This document shows, piece after piece, positions 53,693 to 64,000 of a stretch of 64,000 nt of DNA. Each line of letters begins with the position of its first letter. The first letter of the stretch is position 1. The notes beneath the pieces are model-generated. The model was given only the letters and a program-made list of their open reading frames with translations, was not told where the DNA came from and did not search any database. The position numbers were made by a program, and so were the translations under genes. This DNA is from Takakia lepidozioides (Eukaryota > Plantae > Bryophyta). Where the stretch lies: positions 44,392,001 through 44,456,000 of the forward strand of contig CM060731.1 of NCBI GenBank assembly GCA_030704615.1. The letters run 5' to 3'.

Positions 53693-56600
53693 ATGGCGGA
53701 AAACCCGAGCGCTACAGTGTACTGCCCTCCTCACGAGCATAGAGCTTCATTTCCGTGCAGAGGGGACACCTGCCGGGTGATGGAGAAATATCTGTGCGTT
53801 CGATACCACCTGAAACCGGGGTCGGTTTTTTTGGAGGAGGAAAGGAAGGACTCAAACGGCCTTGTTGTCGAGAGTATTGTTGTGCTCCACGATGATTTCG
53901 GCGATGGCAGGGAATGGCGAGTTCCACCATCGGACAGCGTCATATACAGGGCTGTTGGGGACTTCATTTGCCCGCCAAATGCACCGTCTATCCTGGCGCC
54001 TTCCACGAAACAATCCGCGAATCAGAGAGTGGGTACCTCAAAGAGAGAAGTCCGCAACGAAGTAAATCCAGAGCCGAACCCATCCATGAAGACGACCGAG
54101 AACCGGGTTGTTCACAACCTGTCCGACTCAGACGAGGTCATGGAAGTTCCGAGGTCGTCCTGGAGATCAGGCAAGTCCTCAATGGACGTCAGTGGAGGAG
54201 GGAGTCATATTCCCAGCACGAGCACCGCAGTTCGATCTATTCTTGAAATTCTGCGAGGGCTTCACCTGGAAGGACACCGGTCGGAGCTGGCCGGGCTGGA
54301 CTACAGCAAGTTCGCAATTAAATCGGTTACATGCCTTCCCGCCGACGTCGACGGTAATATCTTCTTTGAGTTCCCTCCTCGGGCGGACTACTCGAGGGCG
54401 TCCGGAATGTTGACAGATATGGATAGAAAACATGACGGTCATCCTTGGTGCGTTACCAAAACCACCAGCATGAAGATGCTTGATGGTGTGCGGGTGCGCT
54501 ACGTTGTTTGTGCGGGCGCGTTGCGGTGTTTCTCCCCAACTTGCTTCCACTTTAAATCCAGAGGTCACAGGAACGAGACCGATTGGACAGGCACAGCTCA
54601 CCAACCATTTCGAGCTCAGGAGAAGGTTCCGAACTCCACATTTAAGTGTGCGCATTGCAAAGAACCACCACACTGCATGTCTGTTTGTAATGCCAAGCAG
54701 TTCTATGTGTTGCACCGTTTCCCTGACCTCACCCGAGCTTGCATACACGTTGGTTCCCATTGTCACAAATTGGCGAGGGGGAACTCGCGGGAGGCTGCCC
54801 ACGAAGCAGAGCAGCTCGTTCAGGAGGAGGTTAAGTTGAGACCGGGTGCCAAACCCAAACAGATACAGCTCCAAGCCGCCCATAAGATGGCATTGGCCAG
54901 AATTATGTCGGAAGACGGCTCCGATAGAGTTCCTCTCGACGAGAAGGAAATGGAGGCATTGCTGGAGTCGGTGTCCCACGTATGTTCACCGAATGTCCGA
55001 AACCACATTGTCTCATGCAAACAGAAAATTGGGCGTGGCTCGGATATGCACTCCATTCTGGAGGTGAAGCGACGATGTGGATATGACTACATTCATGGAA
55101 GTAGGTTTCCAGGACAAGGGACTGAGGCAGATCGTTGTTTCGTATTCAAAATGTCCACGTGTGGACCTGGCAGTGGCGTCGAACTGGTCGACAGGATGAC
55201 GAGTGGGAACTTGTCAAACAGTTGGGTCATGTTCGACCATATCAAGCGAATTACAAATCACCAGTGGGTGACAATGGGTGCACATGTCTACGACACCCAC
55301 TGCAGGATGCTAATGACAATTGCTATTTGTGAGATGAAAGGAGAGGACACACAATCGGAGATGCTTCTTTGGCAGGGAATAAACGAACAGATGGCCAAGG
55401 CGGGATTGCCCCCTCCCAATTTCCGTGGTTTCATGGCGGACAACGCACAAGCAAATTGGGCTGCCATCCGAAGGGTGTACGGGCAAGACCCCAATGTTCC
55501 CATGGAAGGCAAGGAGAGATCTTGTGGGTTCCATTTTCTGCAGAGCCTTTCGCAGTACACAACCAGGCTCGTGGCGCCAGATTTCAGAGAGGAGCACCGT
55601 TCCATGTGCCTTGCGTGGAAGCGCGCTCCCACCTTGGATGATGCAGAGACACATTTTGCATGCATACGGGCTTGGTGGACATCGTCAGGTGCTGTAAGGA
55701 AATCAGACGAAGGAGCAATGGTCAGTTGGCTAGCATGGTGGCATTATCGTTTCCTCCAGTTCGGCGACTATATGCGGGAGGTGAGTTGCACGAATTCGCG
55801 TCCCGTTGGATATTATGCTTGGCCATATTTGTAACTTGCTTGTAACCTGAACATGTGCTTGTGCAGGAAATGTGTCTCGACTCCGACACCGACATGCCCA
55901 CGACAAACATGGCCGAATCAGTGCACTCTTCCTGGCGTGCCTCCTCTGCGGCGCATCTGGTGGACATCCTCACTGCCACAACGGAGGACATTGTGAGGTC
56001 AATTATGCAGCAATGCAGGTACAACGAGTTCTTGAAAGGGAAACAGTGGGGCTTGGGGCCGGACAGGCAGGAAATGCTGATGCGGACTGCCTCCAGATCG
56101 AAGAATCCTCGGAAGTGGGCGGCGGCCTTGCGAGAGGGCCTTCGGGACACGCCATTGCTGCGAAGAGGCCAACATTTGGAAGGAGATGTTCATACCCGTC
56201 CAGTGAGACGAAGACTTGACGAGGCACCTGGCGGAGAAGAGGATTCATGGCGAGCTGACAAGAATATTCGCACGCTCCCTCGTGGTCCGGTGATGTTGCC
56301 CGAGGAGGTCTCGTCGAGCACCGGAAGTCCTGCACGTTCAAGATCGCCATCTCCTTTGAGCACAGGGCGCGTGCCCCGGCAACATAACGAGCCATCTGTA
56401 GTAAAGCAATACAACATTCCCATTATGGAGACAAGAGTGTCGGAGTCACAGTGGAGAATTGCGAGGACATTGCCGGCATTTCGAGGGAAGTGTTGCGCCA
56501 TCCGGGTGGATACGAGAGCACGCTGTGGTGAGATGATTCGGAGGAACCCACACGGTGCTGTACCTGTACCTTGTTTCAGCGGCAGATTTTTGACTCCCAC

Positions 56601-57284
56601 ATTTGCTCACGCCACAACGCAGACATTTTGGTTCTGTAGGCACGACATAATGACCTGTGTATTTGGCAAGCCCAAGTACGGGATTCAGGGAATGCCGGAG
56701 CCTCCGGGCGTCTGGCCTGTTGCACCGGGTTGCAACCTCTCTCAGAATGAGGCGGATGCTCTATCTGCAGCAGGATTTCGAATGGTGCAACGCACAGACA
56801 TCCCGGCCCACGCATTTCCGGTTCCTCAGACCCAGCCATTGCAGACTGCTCGGTCCAGTAGAGATGGATTGGACAATTCTGCACATCCCACAATGCGATT
56901 CGGAAGAGTGAAGAGACGACACCCTCCCAACAAGTTGAATGAGACTCGGATTGCCAATGCTCTTGGGATGGCTTGCACTATTCAGAGCTCCGTGGACGTA
57001 CCCCACCCGGCCTTGGGCGTGTGTATCGGATGGCAACGGCCGGCTCGGCTGTACGCGACGATGTATACACAATTACGATTGGAGTGGATCCGACTTGCAA
57101 CTGTATGGACTTCTCGTTGATGGAAGCAAAGAAGGGTTCGAAGTATTATCCGTGCAAGCATCTGTATTACATTTACCTGAAGAGGTTGAGGATGAACGTG
57201 ACTATTGATGACTTTATTCATGCACCGGCGTTGAGCGTGAACGAGCTGCACAAACTCCTCCTTAGGGATTCCAGAAATCATTGA
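53693..57284 (+). CDS. MULE (MuDR-like) transposase with GCM/WRKY-like zinc domain, DDE core and C-terminal SWIM finger; exons 53693-55780 and 55867-57284, frameshift near 57015
   Basis: GCM-like DGHPWCVTKT..YVVCAGALRC...C..CAHC..C..C..HVGSHCH. Catalytic core WVMFD.., FMADNAQA, SCGFHF (CxxH), TTNMAESVHSSW (E). SWIM YTITI..PTCNCMDF..PCKHLYY. GT-AG intron 55781-55866. Confidence 0.88.
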
Positions 57285-57439
57285 TGGGGCAAACGGAATC
57301 CTCCATATGGATATTTTCAAATGCATTTTGCTGTATCAGACTTTTTTTTGCAGTGTAATGAAATGCAGCCCCAAAACTCCTGGAATGAGGCAATATTCCA
57401 TTCAAACTGAGATCCAACAGAAGCAGTCGTGGGGCCATT

Positions 57440-58020
57440 TCTGGAAAAATGGCGCCGAATTTCTCTTTTTGGGGCCGAAAACTCGCTAAGTCCCAACATG
57501 CACTGGTACCTGTGTTTGGGAAAATGGCGCCAAATTTCTCTTTTTGGGGCCGAAAACTGGCTAAGTCCCAACATGCACTGGTACCGTGTCTGGAAAAATG
57601 GCGCCGAATTTCTCTTTTTGGGGCCGAAAACTCGCTAAGTCCGAACATGCACTGGTGTCTGTGTTTGGGAAAATGGCGCCGAATTTCTCTTTTTGGGGCC
57701 GAAAACTGGCTAAGTCCCAACATGCACTGGTACCGTGTCTGGAAAAATGGCGCCAAATTTCTCTTTTGGGCCGAAAACTGGCTAAGTCCCAACATGCACT
57801 AGTACAGTGTCTGGAAAAATGGCGCCGAATTTCCCTATTTTGCGCCGAAAACTGGCTAAGTCCGAACATGCACTGGAAAAATGGCGCCGAATTACCTGTC
57901 ATGAGGGGACCTATAGCCGCGGAATTCGGCACCATTTTTCGCCAGAGAGACCTATTGCCGCGAAATACGTCGCCGTTTTTTCAGGTTACGGACCCTATTA
58001 CCGCGAAATTCGGCGCCATA
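57440..58020. repeat. Subterminal tandem array, ~75-bp unit x ~6, core GGAAAAATGGCGCCGAATTTC
   Basis: Repeated ggaaaaatggcgccgaatttctctttttggggccgaaaactggctaagtcccaacatgcactgg. Confidence 0.95.
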
Positions 58021-59989
58021 TTTGCACATGTCGCTGGGAATTGGCATGAGCGGAAGACGAAATATCATGAGCACAACTGTCAAAAGTGCAATTTTCCCTT
58101 CAAGGGGCCGAATAATATATTTGTTTTTCCTGACACATTGCATTAAATTATTGTTTTTTATTGTTTTTTATTTTCGAAATTTGTACTTTTGCTCATGAAA
58201 ACCGATTGTGTTACTACTCTGCTCATGCCGCTCATGCCGCTCATGCTCATGAAATAGCAAACCTCCTTAAGGAGTGTATGTCAGCATGCTCCAAAACAGC
58301 CAATGTGGCTGTTTGGGGTGAGTTTGGCATTCCGTCCTTAAGCTCCCGACGAGATGAATTCAAGGTCAGATGGTGGGGTCAGCTGCAACATATGCCCAAG
58401 ACCAGATATCCTAAGTTAATCGACTCTATATCTTGGAAACAGGACCGCCCTGTCAAACAGGCTAAGTCCTGGTAGAAGAGATTCTCAAGGACCTGGACCT
58501 GGATCCGCAAGTCTTGACCCTGCTGGATAAATTTGACTTAGAGGCTATAGTGTCCAAAGCCATGTCTGTTGCCATGAGATTGTCTGATGAAAATGAAGTT
58601 AGGCAGAAAACTTCCCTGAACTTGTTTCCAGTCAGTGACATGGGGGACGACATCTTGGATGACCTCAAGGGTCTACCCACTCTCGGCACTAGACTGAAAT
58701 TTAAACTCAGGGTAGGAAGCCTCCCTTTGAATAGCAAACAGAAGCAGATAGGAAAGGAAGAGTGCAATTGCCCGTTGTGTGGGCAATCTGAAGACAATAT
58801 TCATTTTCTGATACACTGTCCGGGGTTCTCTCAACAAAGAGACATTCTCTTCAATTCTATCAAGGGAATTGTGCTTGTATCCCTGTTTACCAACTTTGAA
58901 AGTCTCGAGGCTGAGCCAAAAGCCCAGGCCCTCCTCAGGCCTAGTTTTTGGGCAAATCACACACAACAGATTGATGCTTGTGTGAAGGGATTTCTAGAGG
59001 ATATCTGGAAAACCCGGATTAATTCTTTATATGAAGGTAAGTCTTACTACCAACGTCAGCCCCTGACAGAGGTAGGTTCTGTTCCTTTTGTTCCCGCACA
59101 CTGGGCGCGGGGTCAATGGCCACAAGGCTACGGCAAACAATGTCTTATGAGTACAATGTCACCCTTAGTTCCTCTCAGATTGTGGAAGCAATTGAGCATT
59201 TTTCATGATGTGTAGGCTTTAGGGTAGGGTTTTGTGTAAAGCAGAGGTAGAGGCAGAACCGAGCAAGGTTTAGGGTAAATCTAAGTGAGTAAGAGGCTGG
59301 GGTGTATGGCGGAGGAATGATCTTTGGAGTGATGAACTAATGGAGAAGGGAGTGTGTGGGGTTGGACTGAGAGTGAGGGAGAGGCTGGAGAATGGTTCAT
59401 GAAATGTATATGCTTACAGTGACTGAGATGGTGATTGGTTTATATAACCAAGCCTATTACTACTATGATTGGCTTGTGAACTTAAGGCATGAGTGGTTGA
59501 TTGTTTCATTTCGAACCTGATATGCTTTGAGCCTGGTTCCGGAGATTTATCTCCAGACCTGCAATCTGCTTTTGTGATGAGTTTACAATCTGCATATATA
59601 GTAGTAAATGTTATATATCAAACCAAGGTTCTTTCCTAAATGTGAATGACCTGGAAAACTTGTTAGAAAGATGAATGGCTTACGAGTTGGACTATGTATG
59701 GCTTGACCCATGGATTAAATTTCAAAGGGTTAGAACATGTGTTAGGGTTTTAATACTGAATGGATGTGGGACATTGCTAGGGTGCCAGAGCATGACATTC
59801 CATGCATTCACGCCATTGGATGCCAAACTTTTTTTTGGCACGTTGGGCCAAGGTTTGTATGCGTTCACGAACTGCCGACCTTGCTCGTTGCCCGGTTGAC
59901 CTTATTTTCCATAATTGCTAACTTTGTGGGGTGGAGGGGCTTGTGTTAGGCTGCATCAAAGCGAGCAAAGGAAGGGGGGACTGAGGCTG

Positions 59990-60701
59990 TGGCGAATGCT
60001 CCTGGTCCACCTACGACATGGGTGCAACAAGGCCCGAATGGCCCATGGGTTCCAGAGGTGGGAAAACGTGGCTGCAACAAGGACCACCTACCTAGCAGCA
60101 GCCCATGGCCCCTCCACAGACGACGAACACATGGTCATGGATTCCAAGTGGGTCCAATGGAGGACCCCAAGGAGCTTGGGTACAAGGAGGTGCCCAAACT
60201 TGGGGCCCTCCATGCAACACCGCTGGTGGGCAGTGGGCAGGCCCCCCTTTTAATTGTGCTGCTCCTCCATTCACCCCCCCTGCTGGTGATGATCAAGATT
60301 CCACATAGCAAGGGGATGTGGCGTTGCAGGCTGCAAACAATAAAGACAAAAAAGGCTGGCTGCAAAGGAACATGAAACTGATGCGAAAGCTCGCAAATCT
60401 GTTGGGCTGAAGCCGCACAAGGTACAACTAAACTCTAAGGGGGAAATAGACCAGGGGTGTGAGGGGCAGGATTACTGGCAGAGCTCCTTGCGGGGACTCT
60501 GCATCAGATATCTTGATCCTAGCATTTTGCTAGCAGACAAGCAGGAACCCAGTGACATGGCCAAGGTTAAGGAATCCATGGACGCGGAGTTTGAGTACTA
60601 TCCTAAACTTATGAGCGTTGACAAGTTCCATAAAGCATGTGGGAGGATTATAAAAGTACACCGCCAAAAGTTAAAGCTGGTGTGGTTGGCTGGAGGTCCA
60701 T
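59990..60701 (+). pseudogene. Possible CACTA TnpA-like accessory gene remnant
   Basis: Pro/Gly/Trp-rich segment, then LRGLCIRYLDPSI..DMAKVKESMDAEFEY..IIKVHRQKLKLVW. Assignment is by context and weak resemblance only. Confidence 0.35.
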
Positions 60702-61250
60702 CACTACAACAAAATCCGGCTTTTACGTCTACTATTTTCCAGTTGTATCAGCCTTTTATGACTGCATGACTGCCCAGTCAGATAAACCCAGTCAGTTGTG
60801 ACAAATGAGTCGTAAGCGCCATAGAGTCGTATCTATCAGTCGTGGAGCTCACTGTTGACGTGGCAATGGGGACGCCTAATCATAGTCATTGATAAGACCG
60901 TAGTAAATGACTGCGAATCCATGTCAGCTTCACGTGGAACGGAAGGGATATGCCACGTGTCACGTCAAAGAGAAGGCAACAGGGTCTTTACGACTGGCAT
61001 ATATGACTTTCGCAGATTAACCCTAGGACAACACGTGGAGAAGACTGGACATGACACGTGTAATCAAATTATGCAAGATAGGGGTGGTTGTTATGACTGG
61101 GAACATATGACTTCCATGGCGCAATCTAGATACTACACGTAGCACGAGTATGGGCGAACACGAGGGGTGAAAGTGGCACGTGGCGGAGGCTCTGTGGATG
61201 GGAGGTAGTCGTGTACATGACCGTAGTCATGGGCCTAAGTCTAGCAGCAT
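60702..61250. mobile_element. CACTA-type terminus / non-autonomous derivative
   Basis: CACTACAACAAAA at 60702 followed by GTCGT/ACGAC-type subterminal repeats; right end unclear. Confidence 0.5.
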
Positions 61251-61489
61251 TGAAACATGAAAACACCATTGAAAGCACACAAAAACACCATTGAAACATG
61301 AAAGCACATTTGAAATTGGAACATCGATTCAAATACAACGTGACTTAATGTTCAAAGATCCGTTCCATAATCTAATCCGATGCTGCTACAAAAATGCACA
61401 AAGTTGCAAAGTCTATGTAGACTTCCAAATGCCTGAGCAGAAGATGCATACACTGACATCTCTCAAACTTCAGCAATCCACTACCTTCA

Positions 61490-63600
61490 TTAGCAGTGCC
61501 TGATTTTATCAATTGTGCCGCTGCTGCTGCGGCTTCCAATTAACCATCTACCCTGCATGCATGTTTCTTCTAGCTATCCTTCCACAATGAATCATAGGTA
61601 ATCTGGAGCTTGAAAATCCGGCCCTCTTGGATGAATCTGCGCCCACACTCTATCCCTGCTCCTTCAGCTATCCATGCCCACTAGGGTATTGTTCAAAATC
61701 ACATCTGGTACAATTCCAGCTTTGGTGATGCAACCATGTACCTCTTTGCATGTGCTTTCCAGGGCTGCCAGGCTTGCACACGCACTGCAAATGCACACAA
61801 ACATGATGTGGCCTTCCCCCGCCCATCATTTGCTTTCAGGTCTCCAAAGCCCCATCCCGCGCTCCTGCTCTGCACGCCCTCGCCACAAAGGGCATATTTC
61901 AGAACGACATCAATTCAATTCCAACTTGGGCGATGTCACCACGAACCCCGTCTTCACTCATTGCCTACTCTAGTTAAGTGCAATTATGGGCTAGGCTGAT
62001 ACCACATCTCATTCAGCCATATTATCAAATTGCATGCCATTTGTATCCTTGTAGTTGTACCCAAACTTGGCATACATGTCCACTACGGCAACATTCAGAA
62101 TCACATCAAATACAATACTAGCTTTGACGATATTACCCTGGACCTCTGCACCATTTTCAGGGCTGCCAGGCTTGCATTTGACATACATATCCACCAAGGC
62201 AGTGTTTAGAGACATCTAGTGGTACAATTCCAGCTTTGACAATGTCACCATGGACCGTTGCGTCCTTTCCAAGGCTACTAGGCTCGCATTTGACATACAT
62301 GTACACCAAGGGAATGTTTAGAATGACATCAGGTACAATTCCAGCTTTGATGATGTCACCATGAACCTCTTGGCCCCTTCCCAGGGCTTCTAGGCTCACA
62401 TATATATTACAAACACAAATGAACATGACCTGGTCTGGCTTCATCTTTTCCCACATCATTTGCTCTTAGGTTTCCAAAGCCTTAATACCACACCCATGCT
62501 GCACATACCTTGCAATCATGGCACTCCACAACACCACATCTCATTTAGCCATGTTGTCGAACTCTCCCTTCGCATCAGGCTTGCTGCACCCACATTTGGC
62601 ATACATGTCCACCAGGGCAGTGTTCAGAATGACAACTAGTACAATTTCAGCTTTGACGATGGCAAATGGCCAAGAGTTATCCCAATATCCCACTACCAAT
62701 GAGTTCAATGCATATCCTTGTCACATTGGCAGTATCATGTCAAAGTCACTCCCAACTACATTCACTCAACAACTAACTTGCAAAATTCAACATGAAAATT
62801 GAGGGCCGATTCTGATTAGAGGGGAAAACAGGGTGAAAATGTGTTGAAGAAGGTGCCTTCATTAGCAGTGCCTGATTTTATCAATTGTGCCGCTGCTGCT
62901 GCGGCTTCCAGTTGACCATCTATCCATGCAGGTTTCTTGTATCTATCCTTCCACAGGGAATCATAAGTAACGTGGAGCTTGAAATCCGGCCCTCTTGGTT
63001 GAATCTGGACACACACTCTATCCCTGCTTCTTCAGCTCTCTATGACATTGCAAAAAACAAGCATACATCTTTGCCTTCCTGCTAGCAGTTGACAATGACA
63101 GCCTAGAATTGTTCCAGCAAACACCCCCAACCCTACTTATCAACGAGCAACGAGCTAACTTACAACATTCAATATGCATCTCAGGGCCAAGTCTCGTGAG
63201 AGGGCAAAACAAGCTAAAATAGGTCAAAGAAGAAGGTGCCCACGTTTCTTGTAGTTCTGATCCACTGGGAATCATAGGTAATCTTGTGCTTGATATCCTG
63301 CCCTATTGGATGAATCTGGACCCACACTCTATCCTTGCTCCTTCAGCTATCCCAACCTCTGTACACATCACGCATACATCCTCGCCTTGCTTCGAACGGC
63401 TGACATTGACGGCCTAGATTTGTTCTAGCAAACACCCCAACCCTACTCATAACACACTAGTTCCTATGCTGAATGGCGTCTGCTTCTCTCTGGATTGTAA
63501 CAGGCGTTCACCTTTTTTCCTCGATCGTCCCACCATTGACTGGGGTCGGAAAAATATTCCTTCCACATTTTCTCCTCATCCCTATATGTTCTTGGATACT
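61490..63600 (-). pseudogene. Repeated exons encoding an OSB-type PDF ssDNA-binding motif, degenerate
   Basis: WKEYFSDPSQWWDDRGKK (~63510-63570) and IQPRGPDFKLHVTYDSLW (62940-63010) together match the WWDNR..K.NP..PDFK...LW motif. The PDFK exon recurs at ~61500-61670 and ~63265-63350. Confidence 0.6.
61680..62660 (-). pseudogene. PLS-class pentatricopeptide repeat (PPR) fragments
   Basis: MKPDQVMFICVCN..LEALGRGQEVHGDIIKAGIVPDVILNIPLVYMYVKC and LNTALVDMYVKC repeats; frameshifted. Confidence 0.8.
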
Positions 63601-64000
63601 TTCCTGTTGCCACATTAGCAGTCACATGCCAAAAAAATTTAGACCGCCATAAATCAACCCAACAAGCTAACTTGTAGAGTTCAACATGGAAATCAGGGTC
63701 GACTCTAATAAGAGGGCAAAACAGGCTGAAATGTGCTGAAGAATGAGCCGTTACCACTTTGTCCTTGACCTCGTGTCATGGCAGCTAGCTTTTCTTTCAA
63801 CCATGGAGGATTCAACCGACCATCAACCCAACTCCTTTACGAGCAAACCTGCTTCCGACTTCAGTGAGAGAAAACAGTGGCAAACAAAGCAAAATTCACA
63901 CATTTGCACAAGGCATGCGCTCCTGCACACCCACTCCATACGCAAGGCCCTGTCCTCTCGCTTGGCTCATACGAGAGGCCTCGCATCATGCCGAGCTGGA

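Larger units (their letters stand above)
44638..58265. mobile_element. Complete 13,628-bp Mutator-like DNA transposon with transposase and ParB/methyltransferase-like cargo gene
   Basis: 9-bp TSD CTTAAGGAG (44629-37 and 58266-74). TIRs GGGGGCTGCTATTTCATGAGC / GCTCATGAAATAGCAAACCTC with CATGAGC subrepeats. It interrupts a LINE ORF cleanly. Confidence 0.95.
44001..59158 (+). mobile_element. 5'-truncated LINE split by the MULE insertion (44001-44637 + 58275-59158)
   Basis: 13-bp TSD TCACCCTTAGTTC at 43988-44000 and 59159-59171. RT motifs GVAQGCTLSPLLFNVFI, LMFADD, YTYLGV. The frame rejoins across the MULE as VGVLKE|CMSACSKTANVAVWGEFG. C-terminal CPLCGQSEDNIHFLIHC zinc motif. Confidence 0.9.

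Noticed and set aside
54179-54979. 266-aa minus-strand ORF
   Set aside because: Antisense shadow of the transposase ORF.
57262-58146. Repetitive ORFs after the transposase
   Set aside because: Artefacts of the 75-bp subterminal array.

Overview
Eukaryotic, intron-containing, transposon-rich land-plant DNA, probably from a non-seed plant (inference only). There is one intact host gene, a 6-exon cytokinin oxidase/dehydrogenase (CKX) at 28732-31357 (-). It lies among nested mobile elements: Ty3/gypsy remnants, two LINEs, CACTA elements, several MITEs (Mutator-, hAT- and piggyBac-type) and gene fragments (EFR3-like, PPR, OSB/PDF motif). The main result is a complete 13.6 kb Mutator-like element (MULE) at 44638-58265, with TIRs and a 9-bp TSD (CTTAAGGAG), inserted into a LINE. 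Its + strand encodes a GCM-like/MULE-DDE/SWIM transposase. Divergently, it carries a spliced cargo gene fusing a ParB/Srx-like domain to a beta-class N6-adenine/N4-cytosine DNA methyltransferase-like domain. Its non-coding DNA is packed with tandem arrays of one long palindrome (ATGGAAATTCGGCGCCGAATTTCCAT). Two more pieces of the same family occur at 1-2156 and 4725-5270. Separately, an LTR-type retroelement at 2157-4725 carries the start of a DNMT3-like C5 methyltransferase after its protease. All domain calls are by eye from motifs, with no database searches.
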